Shown: piece by piece, positions 40,445 to 49,597 of the stretch
Layout of the letters: each line of letters starts with the position of its first letter
Position numbering within the stretch: position 1 is the stretch's first letter
Virus record (IMG/VR): IMGVR_UViG_3300031227_000023
Location: 1-64,000 of that record
Length of the DNA stretch: 64,000 nt
From: a virus
Reading direction: 5' to 3' (one strand)
Position numbers and translations under genes: made by a program
The notes under the pieces: generated by a model
The model's input: the letters and a program-made list of their open reading frames with translations, nothing else
Told to the model about the DNA's origin: nothing
The model's database searches: none

Positions 40445-42685
40445 TCATGCTGCTTCGTCAAACGCCCGCGTGTCTTTCGATACTTCCACATTGATGAACT
40501 CAGCAGGCGTGGCCATGGCCAAGCCCATACGAACCTTCAGCTTCCCCTTCGCAACCTGCGGTGCCGGGTTCAACTCCTCGGATACATCCACAAAGAAAGC
40601 CGTTTCCGGGTTCTTCGAAGCAAACGCGCCAATGCCCATCTGCCCGCGCAAGTAGATTTCCACCATACGCTTGACCCGCGCACGCAGTTCCGGGGTGTTG
40701 TTTTCGTGCTTCACGAATTGCAACAGTTCCACCACATCGTGCTTGATATGGATCACGCCCCGGCTTTGGTTCACGAACGGCCAATTGCTGTTGCTATCCA
40801 ACGCCCGTCCACCGTCCACATGCCGTGGCCCGGCTGCATACTGCGTGATGGGGTTGATGCGTTCGGGGTAAAGCAAATCCCTGATTTCATCCCGCAGCAC
40901 TGCTTCATCCTGGAAGCCAATGCACCCACGCAGGTGCCCGTTTTCCGTGCCAGCCGGTGACTTGTAAATGCCACCCTTTTTGGTGTTATCCAATCGAGAC
41001 ATCAGACCCATGATCCCACCGGACGGGGGAACATCAACGCTGTCTTCATTGCCGTACACCGACACGGACGGGTTCACAACCTTGTACCATGGCCAATAAA
41101 CCGAACCGTTGCCCGCACCGTCTTTCAACGCTGCCGTGGTTCCAACATACGTGATGGCCTGCGTGTACGTGTTGCCCGTGGGGGTGTCAAAGACCACATA
41201 CACCATGCCTTCACGGTACGTGTCTGCGTACACGATCAGGCCGGACGCAACGCCCGCTGTGGCCCTACCAGGAACGGCCAACAGGGAAAGGTTGTGGATT
41301 GCGTTTAAGCCATACAGGCCATTCACACCGGCTTCACTGCCAATGAAATCTGCATCAGCAATGCTTGCCAATCCATCGTTGCCACCGGTCATTGCGGCAG
41401 ACGTGGCATTTGCCGGACGTTGCGCAGTGACGGAACCAGCCGCATCTTGATCTGTCACACTGATCAGGCTGCTGCCCGTGTCCGCGTGATTGATCACGGT
41501 TTCACAGAAGTTGGCAAGGGTATCACCCATGGAAATATTCTTCCACCGCTCCTTTACCAACCCGGACACCAACACGTACAGGTTGAATTCACTGGCAGTG
41601 CCGCTTGTTGCGGCTGCCACCTGCACGGTGATGTTCGCGGCAAAAACGCCTTCAGTCTTGCCGTTGCATACCAACGTGTTGACTGCCGTGCCTGCGCTGC
41701 CGTAGTTCACCGCATTGTCAAAGCCAATTTCATCATCAGCCGTGGAAGCCGCAAGGATCTGCACGCTTGACGCTGCGCCGGTGGTGTTGGAAGTGATCGT
41801 GATGGTGGTGGTGCCGGAAACGGTAACACCGCTGCCTTGCGTCACTGCCAATTCAATGATCGTCTTCAATTCCGCACCCGTCACGTTGGCCACATCAGCC
41901 ACGTTGCCTGTGCCGGTATTCAGATCCACAGGGAAGCCCAACACCGCGTTGGACGTGCCACCGGTAATCTGCACCTTGGAACTTGTGCCCAACACATCAG
42001 ATATGATCCGAACGGTGTTGCCACCAATCACGGTGCAGCTTGCACCGATCAGACCCGCGTTGATCACTGCCGCCACTTCTTCAGCGGTTGCAGCACCAAT
42101 TGCGGAAAAGGAACCGGTCAAAAAAGTTACGGTCTGCGTGCTGCCGCCATCAATCTGCACGGTCAGGGTTTCCGCATTGCTAAGGGCAAACGTTTCCGTG
42201 CTTACGCACGTTTCAACAGCGGCAACCGCAGTGATCGTTGCCGTTTCTTCCGTTCCGGGTATTGCGGTGTCAACCAAGACTTCCAGGGTGTCACCACTGG
42301 CCAACGCGAATGTGGCACTGTTGGTGCTGATCACGGCACCGGCAGACGCACTTGCCGCAGCCGTTTGCAACGTGACAGCACCCTTAGCAGCCGTGGCCAA
42401 CGTGCCAGCATCCACATCCGAATAATGGACCACGCGCACGATCCAAGCATACTTGCCGCCTTCACGGAAAAACTGCGCAACGGCCAAGGCCATGTCACTG
42501 TTGGCGTTGTAGCCACCGAACTTTTCCACATATTCCGTCCAAGAGGTGACAAGGGTGGCTGCACCAATCGGGCCACGGTCAGCAACCCCAATGAACCCGG
42601 CCACTGCTGTTGGCTTTTCAGCCAAATCTTTCATCAATGGCGTGGCATCAGAAGCCTTCACGCCCGGACTAAGTTGCGTCGTCAT
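40445..42685 (-). CDS. Tail sheath protein with inserted beta domains
   Basis: LSPGV, FIG.A.RGP, VTSW.EY...FG, YWPW, PPSG, SPAG, INPI, PAEFI. Confidence 0.96.
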   Translation of the reverse strand: MTTQLSPGVKASDATPLMKDLAEKPTAVAGFIGVADRGPIGAATLVTSWTEYVEKFGGYNANSDMALAVAQFFREGGKYAWIVRVVHYSDVDAGTLATAAKGAVTLQTAAASASAGAVISTNSATFALASGDTLEVLVDTAIPGTEETATITAVAAVETCVSTETFALSNAETLTVQIDGGSTQTVTFLTGSFSAIGAATAEEVAAVINAGLIGASCTVIGGNTVRIISDVLGTSSKVQITGGTSNAVLGFPVDLNTGTGNVADVANVTGAELKTIIELAVTQGSGVTVSGTTTITITSNTTGAASSVQILAASTADDEIGFDNAVNYGSAGTAVNTLVCNGKTEGVFAANITVQVAAATSGTASEFNLYVLVSGLVKERWKNISMGDTLANFCETVINHADTGSSLISVTDQDAAGSVTAQRPANATSAAMTGGNDGLASIADADFIGSEAGVNGLYGLNAIHNLSLLAVPGRATAGVASGLIVYADTYREGMVYVVFDTPTGNTYTQAITYVGTTAALKDGAGNGSVYWPWYKVVNPSVSVYGNEDSVDVPPSGGIMGLMSRLDNTKKGGIYKSPAGTENGHLRGCIGFQDEAVLRDEIRDLLYPERINPITQYAAGPRHVDGGRALDSNSNWPFVNQSRGVIHIKHDVVELLQFVKHENNTPELRARVKRMVEIYLRGQMGIGAFASKNPETAFFVDVSEELNPAPQVAKGKLKVRMGLAMATPAEFINVEVSKDTRAFDEAA

Positions 42686-42697
42686 GTTTGATGCTCC

Positions 42698-43048
42698 TTA
42701 TTTCTTGGGTTCGGGCTTGGGTGCCACCCTGCCTGCCTGTGCAGCCTTGGGTGCCTGCGCCTGAACCGGTTTCTTTTTCGCTGGGGGGATGGCCACATTG
42801 GCCTTGATACGACCACGCGCCAACGCAGCGGCAACATCGGGGCATTCCAAAACCGAGTCATGGAACGGGCCAGCCTTCACGCCAACCATCAGGTGAATGG
42901 CAAACGGAACGCGCCGCACCTTCCCCTTGCCAGCATCACCGGGCAACTTCTGCCGCGTACACAAGCACTTCCCGGATTGCACACAATACACATCGTGTTC
43001 CAAGTGCAAACTGATCGGTGCCCTTGTCAAATTCTCAAGCCTAATCAT
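42698..43048 (-). CDS. Hypothetical protein upstream of the sheath gene
   Basis: 116-aa ORF with overlapping start/stop. Confidence 0.65.
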   Translation of the reverse strand: MIRLENLTRAPISLHLEHDVYCVQSGKCLCTRQKLPGDAGKGKVRRVPFAIHLMVGVKAGPFHDSVLECPDVAAALARGRIKANVAIPPAKKKPVQAQAPKAAQAGRVAPKPEPKK

Positions 43049-43974
43049 GGTAATTGCTCCTGTGTCACTGTCGGATCATCTGTTACGGTCCACCCGCGTT
43101 CAACAACTGCACGGTCATCATCTTCATGCCTGAACCCGCGCACAACAAACGGGCAAGAAAACTGATGAACACGGTTGCGCCCACCGGTGGTTGCAAGCTG
43201 CAACTTGGGCGGATCGGTCAAAATCAGCGGGAACGATTCAGCGTCTTCATCCTCAAATGTTAGCCACACGTGCTTCACAGTCAGAAAGAAACGATTCACC
43301 ACCTTCTTCAAGGCCATCAATTCGTTCCTGTTGTCACTGGCAACAACCAAAGTGAACAACAACTTGACCCATTCAACGGGTGCCTTCTGCACCCACTGCG
43401 GACCTGTTGCCGTTCGCTTCCTTGCTTGCTGATTCCTGTAAAGCCGGTCCCACTCTTCATCCGGCCCTTCAACAATCACAATCGGCAAACCTGCGCTTGC
43501 AACATCCACAGAAGCAACACCAAGTTCATCCACTTCTGCGTGATCCAAGTCAGTCAGCCAAGCCACGTTTGGCAAGCTATGACGTTTTAAAAGAACGAGC
43601 AACGCACGGACAATTGCCGAATCTCTCGATTCCCCAACCAATGCGGTCAGTTGATATGTGAACGCATCGGGTCCTATAACGGTTTCAGTTGTGTTGCCAT
43701 CATCATCAAGCCGATTCACCACAATGTCAACATTCTTGGGCAAATCAGAAACGCTGTCTACATACACCGGAACCACAAAATACAGCAGCGTTGGGGCAAC
43801 AACCTGCACCTTTGAAGACAGCACCCCATTGACGGAAACACTCATGGTCAACTGTTCATCACCACCACCCGTGCCGGACACAGGCAACCGGAAGTCTTCA
43901 CCCCACAGCCGTACCAAATACCCACCTGTGGGTGGTCCAACGATTCGGTCCAAATGATCAAAGCGCAATGCCAT
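43045..43974 (-). CDS. Tail terminator-like protein with N-terminal IPT/TIG-like domain
   Basis: GPPTGGYLVRLWG.DF...DAFTY IPT pattern; position before the sheath gene. Confidence 0.6.
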   Translation of the reverse strand: MALRFDHLDRIVGPPTGGYLVRLWGEDFRLPVSGTGGGDEQLTMSVSVNGVLSSKVQVVAPTLLYFVVPVYVDSVSDLPKNVDIVVNRLDDDGNTTETVIGPDAFTYQLTALVGESRDSAIVRALLVLLKRHSLPNVAWLTDLDHAEVDELGVASVDVASAGLPIVIVEGPDEEWDRLYRNQQARKRTATGPQWVQKAPVEWVKLLFTLVVASDNRNELMALKKVVNRFFLTVKHVWLTFEDEDAESFPLILTDPPKLQLATTGGRNRVHQFSCPFVVRGFRHEDDDRAVVERGWTVTDDPTVTQEQLP

Positions 43975-44471
43975 CACAACCCCAACGCTTTCTGCCAATC
44001 CTTGGGCAATTCCTGCAACTTCTTCTTCACCCACGTATCATAGGTTTGCTGAAGAAAGCTGCGCCGGGGAATGATCACATTTTTGCTTCTGCCTGCGCGG
44101 TGCGTTCCAAACTCATGCACAGCCGCAATGTTTGCCAATGACCGCGTGCCGCTCTTATCCCTGTGTTGCGCCTGCCTTAATACTCCCACAAAATATCCCT
44201 GCCCAACCTTGCGCACAATCACGCTGCGCCGCAGTTGCCCGGTAACAATCAGGATCTTCGGATTGCGCACCTTTTCCTTGCGCTGCCGTTGCATCAACGT
44301 GCTGGCAGCAAGCGGTTCCCATGGCGTGCCGCCCGGCTTCTGATTGGTAATTCCCTTGACCACTTCAGCCTGAAACTCATGCGCATACAAAGCTGTCAGC
44401 CTGCCTTCTGCAACCTGAACCTTCTTTGCCAGTGACGCCATGAACCCCGCAGCCTGACCGGAAGACATCAT
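43974..44471 (-). CDS. Virion morphogenesis/tail completion protein
   Basis: W.PLA.ST, LIVTGQLRRS, AAVHEFGT, IP.RSFL. Confidence 0.88.
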   Translation of the reverse strand: MMSSGQAAGFMASLAKKVQVAEGRLTALYAHEFQAEVVKGITNQKPGGTPWEPLAASTLMQRQRKEKVRNPKILIVTGQLRRSVIVRKVGQGYFVGVLRQAQHRDKSGTRSLANIAAVHEFGTHRAGRSKNVIIPRRSFLQQTYDTWVKKKLQELPKDWQKALGL

Positions 44472-44977
44472 TGCTGCTGCCTGTCATCAATAGTGATTGC
44501 CAAAATATTCCGCTTGGGATTATGCAACGCCAACCCGTAACTGTCGGGCACCGCCTTCACAACGTATTGCCCCGGTGGGTTTGTGAATGTTTCAATCAAC
44601 GTTCCATCCTTCTGATACAACGCCGCAATTCGATCACCGGGTTTGATCAATGCCCGGCCATCAGTCCCAACCAAGCCGTTCCGTTCCAACCACTTAAAAT
44701 GCGCAAGATACACCGTGCGGGTCTTTGGAGTCTGCCCACCCGCCATCTGCTGCTGTTCGTTGACCCGTTCTGTATGGATCTGAACAGGCACCCGCACTTC
44801 AGCCATTTCCCTGCGGCTGGATTGGCCAACAGGATTCCCCGCCACTGCGGTTTTGATTGGTTCCCGGAAATCTTCATCGTACCCACCACCGACAACATCA
44901 GCAGTGGCTTGGGTATCCAGCCTGCACACCCCAATTAAAAATTTGCTAATCAACCGTCCTCTTGGCATGTGGCACAC
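44468..44977 (-). CDS. Head closure/stopper-like protein
   Basis: Position in the neck cluster; GYDEDFREP and IKPGDRI. Confidence 0.6.
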   Translation of the reverse strand: MCHMPRGRLISKFLIGVCRLDTQATADVVGGGYDEDFREPIKTAVAGNPVGQSSRREMAEVRVPVQIHTERVNEQQQMAGGQTPKTRTVYLAHFKWLERNGLVGTDGRALIKPGDRIAALYQKDGTLIETFTNPPGQYVVKAVPDSYGLALHNPKRNILAITIDDRQQQ

Positions 44978-45450
44978 CTTTGAAGATTTATGACTTTTTT
45001 AATTGCACGCAGCAATCCGTCATATTTTGCCAACTCTGAATTGCTGTAAGCAATCGCAAGCACGCCTGCCCGCGCCTGATCACAATCAATCCAGAATTCA
45101 AATCTTCCATTGGTCTGCTTGTTGGCCCGCAGCAACGCATGACCCTTGGCCATCATGAACGCTGCAAGTGCTAAATCTTCCACTTTTATACCACACGAAC
45201 CGCCTTGACGCATAACATTAGTGCCACTCCCAAACCTGACCGCGTGCCGTAACTCTTGCACCCGTTGGTCAAATTGAAAGCATGCCCCGTTGCGCCACTT
45301 ATCCTTGGCTTCACTGTGCAGCAGATCGTTTTCATCAAACACAAAGTCATGCTTTTCACGCCTTGACTGCGCCAACTCCACGCCCTTCAACGGAACCCCT
45401 TCAAGCAACAGCCACGCGGCAAACCCGATTGAATGCGTATGGTATATCAC
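44950..45450 (-). CDS. Tandem DUF5659-like domain protein
   Basis: Two copies of the T..(L/I)..AA(W/F)L..G..L...F.F unit; paralog of 46960-47427. Confidence 0.6.
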   Translation of the reverse strand: MIYHTHSIGFAAWLLLEGVPLKGVELAQSRREKHDFVFDENDLLHSEAKDKWRNGACFQFDQRVQELRHAVRFGSGTNVMRQGGSCGIKVEDLALAAFMMAKGHALLRANKQTNGRFEFWIDCDQARAGVLAIAYSNSELAKYDGLLRAIKKVINLQRCATCQEDG

Positions 45451-46499
45451 ACAACCCCCATTTCTGTTGGCCTATGAAACTGCGCAATAACATCATCAAT
45501 TTCGGGATCACCAGTGGGGTAAGAATTGACATTGCTGCCCTGCCCCGCGCCCGCCCGTGGGGCAAAGGAAACTGACTGTGTTTTTGTTTTGATAGAACTG
45601 ACCCTGTGCGCTTCACGCCTGTCTTCCATTTCATCCGGGTCATCAAATGTCGGCAGCATGCGCCACACGATCTTCACCGCTGCATCACGCAATTCTTGGG
45701 GTGGCGTGTTCACCACCAAAATATTATCCTCATCTTCATACACTTCCGTGTACCCGAACACACCCTTGACTTCCACGTTGTGCCTGCCTTCAGGAAATTT
45801 GTACGCGGGATCGTAGAAGGCAATGTGCGGATCTGCACGGTCATCTTCCAGCGTGTTCCTGTTCCTGATGTGCCGGTTGCCAACCCGCATCACTTCATCA
45901 TCAACATCCCACACCGGATCATAATCCTTGTCTAAATAATTCACTTCTTCCAACGCATCAATCGGGTGCCTGAACGGCAGCCGGTCCATGCCGTTGCCAT
46001 CGAACCGGGCCACGATGTACCGCAGATCAAAGATGTTTGCCGTGGCCCTGTAAATCAGGCTTGTTGCTGCCTGCAACTTGCTGCCAACTTCAGCATCCGT
46101 GGCATCAGCTTCAGCAATTCCCCAATTCCTGACATCCTGAACCGTGGCCACCTGCTGCCTGTACCGGTTGGCACCCGGATCTGCCACGCACAATTCATAC
46201 CCGTGTGTGGTCCATTCATCTGCTGCCGCAATCTTCCACCGAACCGCAACCAAGTAGTGCCCCTTGTCAGCATCAGCCGGAACAGTCCATGGGATCACGT
46301 ACCGGCCAACGCCCAACAGGGTGGCACTCAAATCAATAACAGCCCAATCAACCACTTCGGTCAGGCCAGTGGCTTCACGAAGGAACACCTTGAAGTCAGC
46401 AGAACTTGCAGCCTGCAAGAATCCGTTCGCATCCATTGCAAAAAACCACAACCTTGGATTGGTTGTGGATACCACTTCGCTCTGCTTCAGGTGTTCCAT
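45447..46499 (-). CDS. Head-tail adaptor/connector
   Basis: ATVQDVR, A...I..AT, FPEG..NV.V.G.FGY, P.E...A, TGDPEID. Confidence 0.75.
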   Translation of the reverse strand: MEHLKQSEVVSTTNPRLWFFAMDANGFLQAASSADFKVFLREATGLTEVVDWAVIDLSATLLGVGRYVIPWTVPADADKGHYLVAVRWKIAAADEWTTHGYELCVADPGANRYRQQVATVQDVRNWGIAEADATDAEVGSKLQAATSLIYRATANIFDLRYIVARFDGNGMDRLPFRHPIDALEEVNYLDKDYDPVWDVDDEVMRVGNRHIRNRNTLEDDRADPHIAFYDPAYKFPEGRHNVEVKGVFGYTEVYEDEDNILVVNTPPQELRDAAVKIVWRMLPTFDDPDEMEDRREAHRVSSIKTKTQSVSFAPRAGAGQGSNVNSYPTGDPEIDDVIAQFHRPTEMGVV

Positions 46500-46512
46500 G
46501 TTCGATGCTCCG

Positions 46513-46947
46513 TTATTTCTTCGCCGGGTCTGAATCTAAACCATTCAGCTGCCCATGGATGACTCCCGGTGCCACTTCAACTGCATCCATTGTGTCTTCC
46601 CCGGCCTGCGGTTGTCCACTTTCCGCTGCCTGCGCTTCTTCAGCAGCAGCCTTGTGCAAGCTAATCATATTGAACAGCACGCCCCTGAAATTGCTGAACC
46701 CTGTGTGAAGCCCGGTGACAACCGCATGTCTTAACGGGGCAACAGCAGACTGCGGCAACTGGCCACCATGCATCTTCAGGCTGATGTTTTCTGCAATCTC
46801 CTTTTCTTGGAATTCAACCAAAAACGCACACATGGCATCGAACAGCACAACCTGTTCCGTTGTAAGCGTTGGTCCGCCCAACGCAGCCTTCAGCCTGTCC
46901 TTCAACGGGGCAGCATCAGGTGCCTGCGCCTTCTTTTCTTCCGACAT
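46513..46947 (-). CDS. Hypothetical protein
   Basis: 144-aa ORF with SD-like AAGGG. Confidence 0.6.
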   Translation of the reverse strand: MSEEKKAQAPDAAPLKDRLKAALGGPTLTTEQVVLFDAMCAFLVEFQEKEIAENISLKMHGGQLPQSAVAPLRHAVVTGLHTGFSNFRGVLFNMISLHKAAAEEAQAAESGQPQAGEDTMDAVEVAPGVIHGQLNGLDSDPAKK

Positions 46948-46959
46948 GGGTCTTTCCCT

Positions 46960-47427
46960 TCATAAATTTACAAGACGCTTCAGGGCACGCATGCATGCGT
47001 CAAACCCTGTGCATTCACTGTTGGTGTAATTAATCGCAAGCCGCTTCCACAGGCTGCCGCCCGGATCGTCAAAAATAAACCGGTACGCGCCACGATTCGG
47101 CTTACACGCAACCACCAACTTCACATCGTTCACGATCATCCATGCAGCCAATCCCAAGTCACTGGCAATCACCTGCCCACGTTCAGCATCACGGTACTGT
47201 GGATTTGACTGCGCAATTTCACGCAGGGTGCGCACTTCCCTATCGTACCGGAACAGATCGCGTGAAGCATATGCACCAATATCAGATTCCCACTTCCGTT
47301 GCTCGCTTGGCAGGAATGTGAAAGTATACCTGTAACGGTCATCCATCACGGCATCCTTCAGCATCCAACCAAGCTGCAACAAGAAGGAAGCAACCCCAAG
47401 ATTCGTGGTTTGTAATTGATCAGCCAT
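46960..47427 (-). CDS. Tandem DUF5659-like domain protein
   Basis: TTNLGVASFL..LG...YTFTF and SDLGLAAWM...YRFIF repeats. Confidence 0.6.
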   Translation of the reverse strand: MADQLQTTNLGVASFLLQLGWMLKDAVMDDRYRYTFTFLPSEQRKWESDIGAYASRDLFRYDREVRTLREIAQSNPQYRDAERGQVIASDLGLAAWMIVNDVKLVVACKPNRGAYRFIFDDPGGSLWKRLAINYTNSECTGFDACMRALKRLVNL

Positions 47428-47434
47428 TGGGTTC

Positions 47435-48190
47435 CTATCCCTTCGTGGTGGACGCCTTGCGTTTGGCCGGTGCTTTTCGTTTGGCCTTGGCCGGGGCCCT
47501 TTTCTTTGCCACAGGCTTCACGACCGGGGGGGAAGCAGGGGCAGGGGCAACCGCTTCAGCCAACGTGCCCGCATCTTGCGTGGCACCGTGATCAACCAAT
47601 TCCCCTTTCTCGTTCACTTCAACCATCTTCGGTGTGGAAGCACGGGATGCCCGCGCCCCAAGGTCTGTGTTTTCATTCAACGTCACTTCATCCAACCCCG
47701 CATCCCAATCCTTACTGCCGTCCACTTCACCCTTCACCACCTCGCTTGTGCGGGTTGGAACATCCGGGTGGACTTGTTCCGGTTCCGGCAACGCCTGCAC
47801 AACACCGGGAAGGTCCGCACCCGGCCCAACCAAGTCACGTGTCCGGCCAACAGGGCTGGCCTTGATTACCACCGGGGCAGCAGCGGGTTCATCCTGGAAA
47901 TCAACAGCACTTTCAGGATTACCCTGCGGAATAAACCCGGCCTGCTGCATCTGCTTCCTGCGCCGTTCCTTGATTTGTTCCTGCAATTCTGCCGGGGTGA
48001 TGGACTCGAAAACCGGCAGACTGTCAGGGTCAGCGGGGTTGGTCAGTGCCGTTTTCAGGTAAGGAACAACCCCCGCATCAACCGTGTACCACCCCTTGTC
48101 TTTGTGAAAAATCGTTGACCCAATCGTGTACGTTTTACACTTGGCCTGCACCCTGATCCGCACCAACAGTTTGTCTTGTCCCATCGTCAT
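47435..48190 (-). CDS. Hypothetical protein with Lys/Ala/Pro-rich tail
   Basis: N-terminal domain paralogous to 48244-48639. Confidence 0.7.
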   Translation of the reverse strand: MTMGQDKLLVRIRVQAKCKTYTIGSTIFHKDKGWYTVDAGVVPYLKTALTNPADPDSLPVFESITPAELQEQIKERRRKQMQQAGFIPQGNPESAVDFQDEPAAAPVVIKASPVGRTRDLVGPGADLPGVVQALPEPEQVHPDVPTRTSEVVKGEVDGSKDWDAGLDEVTLNENTDLGARASRASTPKMVEVNEKGELVDHGATQDAGTLAEAVAPAPASPPVVKPVAKKRAPAKAKRKAPAKRKASTTKG

Positions 48191-48243
48191 TGCTCCTTCT
48201 TATTTCACAATGCCACGTTCACAACGAACGCAGCCAACCATCT

Positions 48244-48639
48244 TCAATTAACATCATTCCGAACCCCCGGAACAACAACAGGCACGCCACCACGCCCACC
48301 CATTGCAGTCAGCCCGCCAATACTATAAACAGGCTTTGCTGTGGCCACCCACGCAGCCATTTTCCTGCCACCCGTGCCAGTTGCACGCGGCAAGTCTTGC
48401 TTCGCTTTGCCATCTTCCACAACACCGGCACGTTCAGGTTCAACGGCAACGGCTATTTTCTCTTGCGATCTGACTTCAAACACCGCACCGCTGTCAGGAT
48501 TTGAAGGATTCACCAACACTCCACGGAACACTTCAGCCGCACTATCTTCCACCACGAACCATCCCGCACCCTTGTGGTAAACCCTGCCACCCATCGTGTA
48601 TGTTTTACATTTCATGTCCGGCTTGATTCGTACCTGCAT
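48244..48639 (-). CDS. Hypothetical protein, paralog of the downstream gene
   Basis: VRI....KCKTYT.G....HK..GW..V...NP..PDS..VFE shared with 47435-48190. Confidence 0.65.
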   Translation of the reverse strand: MQVRIKPDMKCKTYTMGGRVYHKGAGWFVVEDSAAEVFRGVLVNPSNPDSGAVFEVRSQEKIAVAVEPERAGVVEDGKAKQDLPRATGTGGRKMAAWVATAKPVYSIGGLTAMGGRGGVPVVVPGVRNDVN

Positions 48640-48652
48640 GGATCTGCCTGCT

Positions 48653-49597
48653 TTATTTTCGATCAGCAACAACAAACAATTCAACGCCATCACTGCCAAG
48701 GTGCAGCACTTCTTTCTGTGTCACATTCTTCAATACTTCTTCCAACAAATCCTTCCCAATAGCACCACCGACAAACAAAAATTTTGTTTCCTGAATCATG
48801 CAATTCAACCGGTTCCTTGCCAGTTCAATTTCACCACTGCCAAGCACCCGATCCAAAACGCCAACACAGACAGCAACTACAGCCCTGCGCGGGATTCCAT
48901 TATCTTCAAACACATCACCATGCCTGTATGATACAAGCGAATCAAAGACCCAATTTAAATGCTCTGCCACAGCCCGCTTCTGCGGATCTTTTTCAATTCC
49001 AATCACACTAAAGCCAATCTCTTGCAGCATCCTGCTTTTCCCACCAGTGCTCGACCCAACGTCATACGCACGCCCCGCACGCAAATTGTTTTCGTTGCAG
49101 AAACGATGAACATGTTGAAACCACCCGGACGAATTCACAACATCCCAATCGCCAAAGGCAGGATGATCAATCTGTTCCCGCAGTACATGCCCGTTCTGAA
49201 ATTGCACCAACCTGTCTTCCAAATCAACCCACATCTGATTCACTTGCTTGACTTCAACCGGAACAGGAAGCCCGCAAACAATGAACCGGCCACTTCTATG
49301 ATGCCCGTCGAGCATTTCATATTGCCCATTCCCGTGCAAAATAGCTGGTGCAGCAAATTCCGAATCTATCTCTTCGCCTTGAAGCGCACGCAAGGCTTCA
49401 ATTCTTCCCACCGCTTCATCTTCTGTCATCCCGTATGCACCACGTATCGCCTTGAAATACGTTGTTGATCGGTAATCACCACCACTTTCCAATGCCCGGT
49501 AAACATCACACACGGCAAGATTTGCAGCATTCCCCCGCCTTGCTCCGTCAATGCTTAACCACCGTACGGGAACTTGATGAATGATGCGCTCTGTCAT
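48653..49597 (-). CDS. ParB/Srx-like domain plus class I SAM methyltransferase fusion (copy 2)
   Basis: YEMLDGHHR; AYDVGSSTG; VIGIEKD. Confidence 0.75.
   Translation of the reverse strand: MTERIIHQVPVRWLSIDGARRGNAANLAVCDVYRALESGGDYRSTTYFKAIRGAYGMTEDEAVGRIEALRALQGEEIDSEFAAPAILHGNGQYEMLDGHHRSGRFIVCGLPVPVEVKQVNQMWVDLEDRLVQFQNGHVLREQIDHPAFGDWDVVNSSGWFQHVHRFCNENNLRAGRAYDVGSSTGGKSRMLQEIGFSVIGIEKDPQKRAVAEHLNWVFDSLVSYRHGDVFEDNGIPRRAVVAVCVGVLDRVLGSGEIELARNRLNCMIQETKFLFVGGAIGKDLLEEVLKNVTQKEVLHLGSDGVELFVVADRK

Noticed and set aside
30417-42685. Extracellular contractile injection system or tailocin interpretation of the sheath/tube/baseplate cluster
   Set aside because: Capsid, protease, MuF, long tape measure and replication genes show that it is a phage tail
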